This document shows, piece after piece, positions 19,073 to 28,092 of a stretch of 64,000 nucleotides of DNA; the stretch's first letter is position 1; each line of letters begins with the position of its first letter. A program made the position numbers and the translations under genes. This stretch comes from an uncultured Gammaproteobacteria bacterium (lineage in GTDB: Bacteria; Patescibacteriota; Microgenomatia; UBA8517). Under the pieces are notes generated by a model. The model ran no database searches, was not told the origin of the DNA, and worked only from the letters and a program-made list of their open reading frames with translations. The stretch lies in NCBI GenBank assembly GCA_964617045.1, contig CAZTVZ010000003.1, positions 32,257-96,256 of the forward strand, read 5' to 3'.

Positions 19073-19101
19073 ATTTTACCTCAGGAGGCTATTCAAGTCA
19101 A
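19073..19101 (-). promoter_or_regulatory. Promoter of nusA-infB
   Basis: TTGACT (19101-19096), 17 nt, TAAAAT (19078-19073). Confidence 0.75.
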
Positions 19102-19106
19102 ACATA

Positions 19107-19958
19107 TCAGAGGTTTACTTCTTTTAACTCTTCAACAATTTTTTTCTGCTCTCTCGAAAGCTTTTCGGGCATTTCAACCAATATTCTTACATATTCGTCT
19201 CCTTTTCCGCTTCCATGCAAATGTTTTATCCCTCTTCCTTTTAACCTTATCATTGTTCCGCTTTGCGTTCCGGGCCTGATTCTGATTTGAACATCTTTGT
19301 CCAAAGTGGGAACTTTAACGTCTCCTCCCAATAGTGCGAGAGAGATTGGAATTGACACCTTCACTACGATATCGCTTCCGTCACGATCAAAAATATCATG
19401 AGGTTTAACGTTGACTGACAACATAAAATCTCCGAAATTAATTCTTGTTCCTTCGTTTATTCCGGCTGGTATTTTTATTTTCCGTTTTTTGCCCTCAATT
19501 TCAATTTCCTTGGCAACACCTTCAACCGCCTCCATAAATTCAATAGTTATGGAATATCTGGGAATTTGTCTTTGCTGTCTAAAGGGATTCCCTCCACCGA
19601 AAAATTGTTCAAAAATATCAAAGGGGTCGCCAAAATCAAATCCACCCACATTGGGATTACCGGTACTACTATATGTATAAGTAAAGGGACCGTATCCTCC
19701 ACCCTGAAAAGGATTTCCTCCACCAGGAGAAAACGCAGAGTGTCCGAATTGGTCGTACGCTGATTTTTTCTGAGGATCGGACAACACTTGATATGCTTCG
19801 TTTATTTCTTTGAATTTTCTTTCGGCATTGTCCTTATCATCCTTGTGTCTGTCGGGATGCCATTCCAAAGCCTGTTTCCGATACGCTTTTTTAATTTCGT
19901 CGGCAGAGGCTCCTTTAGCGACACCCAATATGTCGTAATAATCAGATTTTGCAGTCAT
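19107..19958 (-). CDS. dnaJ: DnaJ-class chaperone without zinc finger (class B/CbpA-like)
   Basis: J domain DYYDILGV..WHPD..FKEINEAY, G/F-rich region, C-terminal domain; no CxxCxGxG repeats. Confidence 0.92.
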   Translation of the reverse strand: MTAKSDYYDILGVAKGASADEIKKAYRKQALEWHPDRHKDDKDNAERKFKEINEAYQVLSDPQKKSAYDQFGHSAFSPGGGNPFQGGGYGPFTYTYSSTGNPNVGGFDFGDPFDIFEQFFGGGNPFRQQRQIPRYSITIEFMEAVEGVAKEIEIEGKKRKIKIPAGINEGTRINFGDFMLSVNVKPHDIFDRDGSDIVVKVSIPISLALLGGDVKVPTLDKDVQIRIRPGTQSGTMIRLKGRGIKHLHGSGKGDEYVRILVEMPEKLSREQKKIVEELKEVNL

Positions 19959-19969
19959 TGAAGATTATC

Positions 19970-21862
19970 TTAGTTGACTACTTCTCCCTCTTCAACTTTT
20001 TCTTCTGAGGATTTCTCTTCCTTTTTCTCTTCTTCTCTGGAATCTTCACTCTTGGGTTCTTCTTTTTGATACATAGCCTGTCCTATTGTTTGCAATGTCT
20101 CGGATAATTCTTTCGATGCGTTGTCAATTTCTTCCTTTGTCGCATTGTCTTTCTTTAATACATCCTTTACTGCGTTAATTTTTTCTTCAACTTTTTTCTT
20201 TACATCTTCTGGAACTTTGTCTCCGGCATCTTTAAGTGATTTTTCTGCTGTTGCAACAAGAGAATCGGCCTGGTTCTTGGCTTGAACCATATCCGCCTTC
20301 TTCTGATCCTCTTCTTTGTGTTTTTCGGCTTCCTCCTGCATTCTTTTTACTTCATCATCAGAAAGCCCTACTGCTCCCGATATGGTGATATTTTGTGTTT
20401 TACCTGTTGCTTTGTCTTTTGCAGTTACTTTTAGTATTCCCGAAGCGTCCAAATCAAACGTTACTTCAACTTGAGGAACACCTCTGGGTGCCGGAGGAAT
20501 TCCATCTAGAATAAACCTGCCCAAAGATTTATTGTCTGCGCTCATTGGTCTTTCTCCTTGGGTAACGTGGATCTCAACTTGTGTTTGATTATCCGCAGCT
20601 GTCGAGAATATTTCGGTCTTGGATGTTGGAACCGTTGTGTTTCTGGGAATCATTGGCGTTGCAACTTGACCCATTGTTTCGATTCCCAAAGTTAAAGGCG
20701 TAACATCCAAAAGAAGAATATCTTTCACTTCTCCTCCCAATACTCCTGCTTGAATAGCAGCCCCTATTGCAACAACTTCATCCGGGTTTACGGATTTATT
20801 GGGTTCCTTGCCGAAAAATTTCTTTACAGCTTCAATTACTTTTGGCATTCTTGTCATCCCTCCAACAAGAATAACCTCATTAATGTCGGATGCTGACAGT
20901 TTGGAATCTTTAAGACAAGCTTCTACCGGTTTCATTGTTTTTTCGATCAAATCTTCAACCAAACTCTCAAGTTTTGCTCTTGTAAGTTTCATTGTTAAAT
21001 GCATCGGCTGTCCATCTTTTTGAGTAATGTAGGGCTGGTTTATCTCCACTTCCTCCGCAGCGGAAAGTTCAATCTTTGCTTTCTCGGCTGCGTCTCTTAC
21101 TCTTTGGAGTGCTTGTTTGTCTGCTTTTAAATCAACCGCGTTTTCTTTTTTGAATTCATCAACAATATAGTCAACAATTCTTTCGTCAAAATCGTCTCCC
21201 CCAAGATGGGTATCTCCATTGGTTGCTTTTACTTCAAAGACTCCATCTCCCAATTCAAGAATAGAAATATCAAAAGTTCCTCCACCCAAATCGTAAACAG
21301 CTATTTTTTCCGACTCTCTTTTATCAAGACCGTAAGCAAGTGCTGCGGCTGTTGGTTCATTAATAATTCTCTCGACCTTAAACCCGGCTATTTCACCAGC
21401 TTGTTTTGTCGCCTGTCGTTGACTGTCATCAAAATATGCAGGAACGGTGATTACTGCTGAATCAACTTTTTCTCCCAAATAATGCTCGGCGTCTTTTTTA
21501 AGTTTCATCAAAGTTCTTGCAGATATTTCTTGGGGGGAATATTCTTTTCCTTCAACTGATACTACAGCCATTCCTTTTTCACCGGATTTAATTTCGTAAG
21601 GAACCATTTTTTTGGTTCTTTCGACTTCGGAATCCGATTCTCTTCTTCCCATCATCCTTTTAACGGAATAGACGGTGTTCTTGGGATTGAGAATCATTTG
21701 TCTTTTTGCAACATCACCGACAAGGTTCTTAACCGGCTCAACAACGGATGGAGTAATATTTCTTCCGGTATCGGCGGCAGGAATAACTTTTGGTCTTCCG
21801 CCTTCCATTACTGCAACAACAGAATTGGTCGTTCCCAGATCTATTCCAACAATTTTAGTCAT
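19970..21862 (-). CDS. dnaK: Chaperone DnaK (Hsp70)
   Basis: [42 protein letters not shown]. Confidence 0.99.
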   Translation of the reverse strand: MTKIVGIDLGTTNSVVAVMEGGRPKVIPAADTGRNITPSVVEPVKNLVGDVAKRQMILNPKNTVYSVKRMMGRRESDSEVERTKKMVPYEIKSGEKGMAVVSVEGKEYSPQEISARTLMKLKKDAEHYLGEKVDSAVITVPAYFDDSQRQATKQAGEIAGFKVERIINEPTAAALAYGLDKRESEKIAVYDLGGGTFDISILELGDGVFEVKATNGDTHLGGDDFDERIVDYIVDEFKKENAVDLKADKQALQRVRDAAEKAKIELSAAEEVEINQPYITQKDGQPMHLTMKLTRAKLESLVEDLIEKTMKPVEACLKDSKLSASDINEVILVGGMTRMPKVIEAVKKFFGKEPNKSVNPDEVVAIGAAIQAGVLGGEVKDILLLDVTPLTLGIETMGQVATPMIPRNTTVPTSKTEIFSTAADNQTQVEIHVTQGERPMSADNKSLGRFILDGIPPAPRGVPQVEVTFDLDASGILKVTAKDKATGKTQNITISGAVGLSDDEVKRMQEEAEKHKEEDQKKADMVQAKNQADSLVATAEKSLKDAGDKVPEDVKKKVEEKINAVKDVLKKDNATKEEIDNASKELSETLQTIGQAMYQKEEPKSEDSREEEKKEEKSSEEKVEEGEVVN

Positions 21863-22304
21863 TTTTGTTTCCTTTCTTTGATACTTTTACTTGGGCGTAT
21901 CTTATTACGTACCCTTCCTTAAATTTCCAACCGGAAGATAATACATCAATTATTTTAGCTCTTCCATCTCCATCTTCAACCACTTCTGTGACTTCCATAA
22001 ATTCCGGATCAAAATCGTCACCCTTTTTAATTTCTATTTCCTCAATCCCCTCCGAAGACAATGCTTTTTTAAACTCTTCTATCGTCATCTCAATCCCTTT
22101 ATCTTTAAGGTGAAGCTGAGCATGCTTAAGAACATCTATTACGGGAAGTAGTTTTATTGCCAATTTAAGGTTTGCCTGCTTTTCGAAAAGTTCTCGCTCT
22201 CTTTCAACTCTTTTTCTCAAATTGTCATAATCGGCCAGAGCTCTTGAAAGCTGAGATTTAACAATATCTATTTCTGAATTTTTCTTTACTGTTATTTTTT
22301 TCAT
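21855..22304 (-). CDS. grpE: Nucleotide exchange factor GrpE
   Basis: [31 protein letters not shown]; between hrcA and dnaK. Confidence 0.95.
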   Translation of the reverse strand: MKKITVKKNSEIDIVKSQLSRALADYDNLRKRVERERELFEKQANLKLAIKLLPVIDVLKHAQLHLKDKGIEMTIEEFKKALSSEGIEEIEIKKGDDFDPEFMEVTEVVEDGDGRAKIIDVLSSGWKFKEGYVIRYAQVKVSKKGNKND

Positions 22305-23032
22305 TATCTTGAGACCTCCTCTATCATATTTTTAAAATACCTAAGTACGGGAATAATCGTCGGATAGCTAAGCCTTACAGGCCCCATAACTGCAATTGCT
22401 CCATTTTTGCCTTTTGCATTAAAATGAGTTGTTACAACTCCCACCGGATTTAAGTCCGGCCAACCCAACTCTTCTCCAAAAAATACGTCTATTGGACTTC
22501 CAGACAAAGGTCTTTCAAAAAAAAGATTCTGCAATTTGTCTGCTTCTTCAATAAAGGAAAAAAGATTAGCACAAGTTTTCATATTTGCAAACTCCGGATT
22601 TGTAAAAACATTAGAATAACCTGAGTGAAATATTTTTCCCTCGTCTGTTGCTGCAACGGCAAGACTCTTGGTTCTTTCAGCCAATGCGTGAGTTGCCTCT
22701 TTTAGCAGTTCGTCAAGGTCGTCTCTGACGTCCCAAACCTCTTCTTTAGCCTTTACCTCATCCGCCAAACTCATCTCTTTTTCATCCATTAATTGGCTTA
22801 TATAGAATTTCATTGCATTGGGGGTAGGAACTCTTCCGGCTGATGTGTGGAGCTGTTTCAAATATCCAAGTTTGGTCAAAGTCACCATTTCGTTACGTAT
22901 GGTTGCGGGGGAAACACCAAGATTATATTTTTTATCCAAGTTTTCCGAACCAACTGCCTCGGCGGTCGATATATACTCGTCGATAAGAGCTTTCAAAATT
23001 TGTGTTTGTCTTGCTGTCAAACCTTCTTTCAT
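22304..23032 (-). CDS. hrcA: Heat-inducible transcription repressor HrcA (short form)
   Basis: LTARQTQIL..YISTAEAVGS, SPATIRNEM, LHTSAGRVPT, GPVRLSY. Confidence 0.95.
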   Translation of the reverse strand: MKEGLTARQTQILKALIDEYISTAEAVGSENLDKKYNLGVSPATIRNEMVTLTKLGYLKQLHTSAGRVPTPNAMKFYISQLMDEKEMSLADEVKAKEEVWDVRDDLDELLKEATHALAERTKSLAVAATDEGKIFHSGYSNVFTNPEFANMKTCANLFSFIEEADKLQNLFFERPLSGSPIDVFFGEELGWPDLNPVGVVTTHFNAKGKNGAIAVMGPVRLSYPTIIPVLRYFKNMIEEVSR

Positions 23033-23038
23033 ATTTGA

Positions 23039-23065
23039 TTAGCACTAATTTAGCAAGAGTGATAG
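23039..23065. promoter_or_regulatory. CIRCE element 1 (HrcA operator)
   Basis: TTAGCACTA-N9-GAGTGATAG versus consensus TTAGCACTC-N9-GAGTGCTAA, just upstream of hrcA. Confidence 0.8.
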
Positions 23066-23075
23066 CACTTGTCAA
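23047..23075 (-). promoter_or_regulatory. Promoter of hrcA-grpE-dnaK-dnaJ
   Basis: TTGACA (23075-23070), 17 nt, TAAATT (23052-23047). Confidence 0.72.
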
Positions 23076-23088
23076 GAGGGAGTGCTAT
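23062..23088. promoter_or_regulatory. CIRCE element 2 (HrcA operator), overlapping the murJ 3' end and the -35 box
   Basis: ATAGCACTT-N9-GAGTGCTAT. Confidence 0.8.
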
Positions 23089-24799
23089 CCGTTGGAGAAG
23101 GTGTCAGTGTTTCGGTTTCTCTTTCTGGAATTGCTCCGACTTTTTTCTTGGCAATTCTTTTTAATAAACTTGCGAAATATATTAGTTCTCTCGACTTGAG
23201 AAGCATCGAAATACCAACATAAATTACCCCCCCCACCAAAATAACCATTATCGTAAGTATCAACAAATTGACCGTATATCTTGTGTCAAGAACAAATTTC
23301 TCGAAAGGTATCTGATTGCTCGCATCAATCTTGTTCATAAAAGACAACTGCTTAATCCAGACCGATCGATCGAAAAACTTTAGAAAAAAATACATTGTAA
23401 AACCGGATACTAACGAAGCAAAGAAAGATTTAGCAAAAGGAATAAATGTTCTTATCCCCTCTCCGTCTCCAATTTTCTTTTCCAAAAGAACAAACAATGT
23501 AATGGTTTGCAGAGAAGCGGCAAAAGAAAACGCCGCAGCCAATGCCCATACGGGTAATCCAAAATATTTAATCAAAATTAAATCCAAAATAATATTGATA
23601 GAAAGGGTAATCAGAGATACCGCAACGGGAGTCCTTGTATCGTGAAGGGCATAAAAACTTCTCGCTAAAACAGAGTTCGCGGCTTGGAAAAATACCCCAA
23701 AAGCAAAAGCAGACACAACCATTCCCGTTTGAACGGTCGATTCCCAACTGAAAATATCGGTGCCGAAAATAAGTCTTACAATCGGAATTCTTAAAACAAT
23801 GAGGACCGTAGCGATCGGCATTATTAAGAACGCTATTTGATACAGTGCACCAAAAAGCGTTCTTTTAAATTGGGTTCTGTCATCCGACTGCCTGGCCAAC
23901 GTAGGAAGAGCAGCTTTTGCGATCGATGTTCCAAATAAACCCACCGGAAGAAGTTGCACTGTATTCCCAAACGTAAAGAATGTATAAGAAGCAGTCGAAA
24001 TAATCGATGCTAAAGAGAGCTCGACCGATTTGGCAATCTGCAAAAATGACACCTCGATTATTCTGGGGAGTGCAAGCTTGCCGATCTTTTTAACATCTTC
24101 CGTAATTCTAATAATCGGTTTTATTCTGAATCCAAGTTTAATCGCGAGGGGAAGTTGAACGGCAAAATGGCAAAATGCTCCGAAGGCAACACCGATTGTC
24201 GGACCCATCAGTCCCATTGTCGGTGATAATACAACTGTTCCTAGTATTATCCCCAGGTTGTAAAAAAGTGGGGCTATAGCCGGAACAATAAATCTTCTTG
24301 AAGATTCCAAAACCGCGGTAAGAACATAACTTATTACAAAAAATCCTTGTGCGGCAAACAATATTCTGGTTAAAGATACTATTGTGTCACGGTCTGCTCC
24401 GGTAAAGCCTGGGGCAAGAATTCCATACAAATGTCCGGAGAAAAACGCGATTACCAACGCCATGACCACAAAAATAATCAATCCGATATTGGCAATTGTT
24501 CCCGCGATTTCCCAAGCATCTTTAGATCCTTTTTTTAAAGATTTGGTAAAAACAGGGATAAAAGCAGAAGCAAAAGTACCGAATACCAAAACCTCAAAAA
24601 TTAAATCGGGTAATCTAAAGGCTGCGAAAAAGAGAGATAGCTCGTTTGGTTCGAAAAAGTGCGCCAGAGCTCTTTGTCTGACAAGTCCAAGCACCCTTGA
24701 GGCAATCGTCATAAACATAATGATCGTTGCCGCGGAAAGGACAGAGCTTTGAGGGGAAGAAAATATCTTTTTCCCTTTGTTGATAATGTCGTTCACCAT
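23072..24799 (-). CDS. murJ: Lipid II flippase MurJ (MviN)
   Basis: SRVLGLVR, FFAAFRLPD, SAFIPVF, QLLPVGLFG..IAKAALP, RSFYALHDTRTP. Confidence 0.95.
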   Translation of the reverse strand: MVNDIINKGKKIFSSPQSSVLSAATIIMFMTIASRVLGLVRQRALAHFFEPNELSLFFAAFRLPDLIFEVLVFGTFASAFIPVFTKSLKKGSKDAWEIAGTIANIGLIIFVVMALVIAFFSGHLYGILAPGFTGADRDTIVSLTRILFAAQGFFVISYVLTAVLESSRRFIVPAIAPLFYNLGIILGTVVLSPTMGLMGPTIGVAFGAFCHFAVQLPLAIKLGFRIKPIIRITEDVKKIGKLALPRIIEVSFLQIAKSVELSLASIISTASYTFFTFGNTVQLLPVGLFGTSIAKAALPTLARQSDDRTQFKRTLFGALYQIAFLIMPIATVLIVLRIPIVRLIFGTDIFSWESTVQTGMVVSAFAFGVFFQAANSVLARSFYALHDTRTPVAVSLITLSINIILDLILIKYFGLPVWALAAAFSFAASLQTITLFVLLEKKIGDGEGIRTFIPFAKSFFASLVSGFTMYFFLKFFDRSVWIKQLSFMNKIDASNQIPFEKFVLDTRYTVNLLILTIMVILVGGVIYVGISMLLKSRELIYFASLLKRIAKKKVGAIPERETETLTPSPTDSTPS

Positions 24800-24835
24800 C
24801 TTGAGTTTTTAGCCTCATTAGATTATACTCTCGTC

Positions 24836-25126
24836 ATGCCTGTAACGAAAACAGCCAAAAGAGCCCTTCGTGGTTCCAAACAAAAATTGTCAATCAACAC
24901 TTCCATAAGAGCATCGCTGGAAGCGGCTATTCGTATCGCCAAAAAATCAAAAACCGCAGAAAAAGTAAGAGCGGCAGTAAAACTTGCAGACAGAGCAGCC
25001 AAGAAAAACACAATTCACAAAAATAAAGCATCGAGAATAAAAAGCATGCTTTCGAAATTGGCTCCGACAACAAAATCGGCAGAAAAAAAGACAGTCGCAA
25101 AGAAAACAACCAAGGCTAAAAAATAA
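24836..25126 (+). CDS. rpsT: 30S ribosomal protein S20
   Basis: MPVTKTAKRALR...DRAAKKNTIHKNKASRIKS; ATG 24836. Confidence 0.95.
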   Translation: MPVTKTAKRALRGSKQKLSINTSIRASLEAAIRIAKKSKTAEKVRAAVKLADRAAKKNTIHKNKASRIKSMLSKLAPTTKSAEKKTVAKKTTKAKK

Positions 25127-25188
25127 ACTTCTTCAAGCCATTTTCATATGATATAGTGGGTTTAGACGCCTAGAGCGTTTATGTTGCT

Positions 25189-25752
25189 ATGGCTGCCCAA
25201 AAAGGCTCAAAACTGATAAATCTTCTACCGCAAGAGGAATTTGCCAATTCCACAATTGGTCGTGTGTTTACGTGGGCAATGAGTACCTTCAGAATTATCG
25301 TTATTGGTATGGAGATGGTCGTCATGGTTGCTTTTCTTTCTCGTTTCTGGTTGGATGCCAGAAATGTTGATTTAAACGACATAATCAAACAAAGATCGGC
25401 TGTGATTGCCGCCCAATCCGATTTTGAAAAAGAATTTAGAGATCTTCAAAAAAGAGTTAAGGTTTTTTCCGGAATAACCGGTGTGGAAAAACTTCCTTCC
25501 GAACAAATTACAATTATTACTTCTTATATACCAAACGATGTCCGACTTGAGGCAATTAACCAGTCGGGTGAAAATTTTCAAATCAGAGGAAATTCTTTTA
25601 ACGAAATATCTATAAGCCAATTTATTGTTAACCTTGAAAAAAGCGGAAATTATGACAAGGTTCAGGTTTCAACACTCGATTCGGATCAAGAAGAGGGCGG
25701 ACTGTTTACATTTACTTTGAGTTTATCCCCCAAGAAAGGAGCATCTAAATAA
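25189..25752 (+). CDS. pilN: PilN-like type IV pilus alignment protein
   Basis: INLLP motif, TM, coiled coil, IPNDVRL..I, G......ISQFI.NL; followed by a pilO-like gene. Confidence 0.82.
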   Translation: MAAQKGSKLINLLPQEEFANSTIGRVFTWAMSTFRIIVIGMEMVVMVAFLSRFWLDARNVDLNDIIKQRSAVIAAQSDFEKEFRDLQKRVKVFSGITGVEKLPSEQITIITSYIPNDVRLEAINQSGENFQIRGNSFNEISISQFIVNLEKSGNYDKVQVSTLDSDQEEGGLFTFTLSLSPKKGASK

Positions 25753-26406
25753 ATGGCACTCGGCTGGAGAAAAGATTACCTAAGATATCGTGAGCAATTT
25801 CTTAACGTTGTAAAACTTTACCAAAAAAGACAGGACTTAAGAATCTATCTTGAAGTAATTTTGTCTTTACTGACAATTATCTTTTTTGCTTTCTTTGCCT
25901 TAAGACCAACCATTCTGACAATATCTCAACTCTACAAAGACATTCAGGCAAAGGAGGAAGTTGTGCAAAAACTGGAAGAAAAAATAAACAATCTCGAATT
26001 GGCACAAGAATTGGTTGCCGAAAAACAAACAGTAATCGAAATTGCCCGACTGTCTGTTCCTGGCGAACCAACACCGGAAAGTTTTGCCAGACAAATTGAA
26101 GGACTATCACAAACAACAGGTATTACTCTATCGGGAATCTCGGTTGGAGAAGTAACAATACTCGGTGAAGCAAGAAAAACCGCTCAGGATAAAGATTTAA
26201 AACCTCTGCCCGAAGGCTCAATGGGAATGCCATTTACGATCAGTATATCGGGAGAATACGGAAATCTGTTTAATTTCCTCAGAAATTTGGAAAACCTGAG
26301 AAGGCCTGCTTCTATTGATAATATTTCCATTTCATCAACGATAAACGATGAGGGTATTGTAAAAATAACAATGATCGTATCGGGAAGGGTACCTTTTCTC
26401 AAATGA
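25753..26406 (+). CDS. pilO: PilO-like type IV pilus alignment protein
   Basis: TM (FFALRP), coiled coil, ISGEYGNLFNFLRNLENLRRP..I (PilO GxY..L..F...LE...R). Confidence 0.85.
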   Translation: MALGWRKDYLRYREQFLNVVKLYQKRQDLRIYLEVILSLLTIIFFAFFALRPTILTISQLYKDIQAKEEVVQKLEEKINNLELAQELVAEKQTVIEIARLSVPGEPTPESFARQIEGLSQTTGITLSGISVGEVTILGEARKTAQDKDLKPLPEGSMGMPFTISISGEYGNLFNFLRNLENLRRPASIDNISISSTINDEGIVKITMIVSGRVPFLK

Positions 26407-26744
26407 AAAAATTTAAACCGCCAAGCTTTATCACAATATTAATTCTTACTGCAATTACCGTTGTCTTCTGGATATTTTTTGGTGTCGTAAGAATATTTAC
26501 AAAAGCCGATGAGGAAACTGTACCTGCAGCAATTCTTGCACCGCTATCCCCAACACTTGACAAGGATGTTCTGGATAAACTTCCTTCAAGGGTATATTTT
26601 GATGATAGTCAGATTTCAACAAATGTTGTTAGTTCACCCACACCGACGCCTTCAATCCAAATTCCCACTCCGACAGAAATTCTCGAAGCAACAGAGTCTG
26701 CAACACCAACGGCAACAGAAGGAGCAGTTATAGATGAAGAATAA
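26403..26744 (+). CDS. Membrane-anchored hypothetical protein with Thr/Pro-rich tail (pilP position)
   Basis: N-terminal TM, PLSPTLD, SPTPTP/ATESATPTAT tail; ATGA overlap with pilO. Confidence 0.75.
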   Translation: MKKFKPPSFITILILTAITVVFWIFFGVVRIFTKADEETVPAAILAPLSPTLDKDVLDKLPSRVYFDDSQISTNVVSSPTPTPSIQIPTPTEILEATESATPTATEGAVIDEE

Positions 26745-28092
26745 GATTCCAACATTGATTGGTTTAGTAGTTCTTATATTTGGTTTAGCCGCCGGTGTTT
26801 TCCTTGTGCAAAACACAACAATTTTCAGATTGGGAGCTTCAGGAGAAAATGCACCTGAAAATGTAAGAATAACCAATATCTCGGATGTATCATTTACAGT
26901 CAGTTGGACAACATCAAAAGAAACCACGGGATTTATCAAATACGGAGAATCCGACAACTTGGGTAAAACCAAAAATGACGAACTTTCCGAAAAAGGATAT
27001 ACACATTACGCGACGATAAGCGGAGTAAAATCCGAATCTAATTACTATTTCAAAATAAATTCGGAGGGAGTCGATTATGACAACAATGGTGTTCCTTGGG
27101 AATTGACTACTGGACCCAATATACCCACAAACACCAGCCAAACGACCATCTCCGGAACGATACTCGAACAAACAGGTAATCCATCAAAAAATGCAATTGT
27201 ATACGTGACCATTGCAGGAAGCTCCCCTCTCTCGTCAACAACGTCTCAAAACGGATCATGGGTAATTCCGCTAAATTTTGCCAGAACACAGGACTTGTCT
27301 GCGTTTATCTTGATACAAGAATCTTCATCATTACTTGAAATATCCGTTAATGCTGGACCGAAAGGAATTGCTTCCGCACAAATATTTCCTCAATCGGCGA
27401 AACCGGTTCCTGCAATTACTCTTGGAACAACAAACGATTTTAGAAGCAACCCCCCGAGCTCTGTCGACGGAATACCTCAAGCTAACTTAACTATTCCAGA
27501 AATAACAGAGAAGAAATCCGGTTTTAATGTTGATGCCACAGTGGCGTCAAACGATAATAAAACGGTTACTTTAGAAAGCGTTGCAGACGGAGAAAAAATT
27601 TCAAGTGAAAAGCCCGAATTTTTCGGAAGTGGACCTTCTGGTACAACTATTACCATTACTGTTGAAAGCGATCCTCAAAGCGGTGAGGTAAAAGTCAACA
27701 ATTCCGGTGATTGGAATTGGACACCACCGGCAGGATTAGAACCCGGAACTCACACCGTTACAATTACATGGCGTGATGCTGCGGGGATATTAAGAAAACT
27801 TACAAGATCTTTTGTTGTTGAGGCATCAGAAAATCCATCTTTTACCGCGACCCCTTCTGCAACAACAACGGTAACACCAACTGCAACAAAAACACCTACA
27901 CCATCTTTAACACCAACTTCTTCGCCAACACCAACAGCATCTGTTTCAGCAACAAAAACACCTACACCATCTGCAGCACCTACAACACCCGAATCGGGCA
28001 GCTTGACCCCAACAATAATTCTATTTATGATGGGTATAGCGATCATTTTGTTCGCAACTGTTGCTTGGAAGAAATCTGAAATAAATGCCTGA
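26734..28092 (+). CDS. Surface protein: FN3-like and Ig-like domains, T/P linker, C-terminal sorting-type signal
   Basis: N-terminal TM; PENVRITNISDVSFTVSWTT..H...I..V.....YYF (FN3-like); G.W.WTPP..LEPGTHTVTI (Ig-like); TPESG + TM + WKK. Confidence 0.85.
   Translation: MKNKIPTLIGLVVLIFGLAAGVFLVQNTTIFRLGASGENAPENVRITNISDVSFTVSWTTSKETTGFIKYGESDNLGKTKNDELSEKGYTHYATISGVKSESNYYFKINSEGVDYDNNGVPWELTTGPNIPTNTSQTTISGTILEQTGNPSKNAIVYVTIAGSSPLSSTTSQNGSWVIPLNFARTQDLSAFILIQESSSLLEISVNAGPKGIASAQIFPQSAKPVPAITLGTTNDFRSNPPSSVDGIPQANLTIPEITEKKSGFNVDATVASNDNKTVTLESVADGEKISSEKPEFFGSGPSGTTITITVESDPQSGEVKVNNSGDWNWTPPAGLEPGTHTVTITWRDAAGILRKLTRSFVVEASENPSFTATPSATTTVTPTATKTPTPSLTPTSSPTPTASVSATKTPTPSAAPTTPESGSLTPTIILFMMGIAIILFATVAWKKSEINA
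27883..27972 (+). repeat. 24-bp exact direct repeat in the T/P linker
   Basis: GCAACAAAAACACCTACACCATCT at 27883-27906 and 27949-27972 (encodes ATKTPTPS). Confidence 0.85.

Noticed and set aside
23330-23355. QLSFM in MurJ resembling a clamp-binding motif
   Set aside because: It lies in a loop of a membrane flippase. It shows such pentamers arise by chance, which is why the two clamp-motif findings are only moderately scored.
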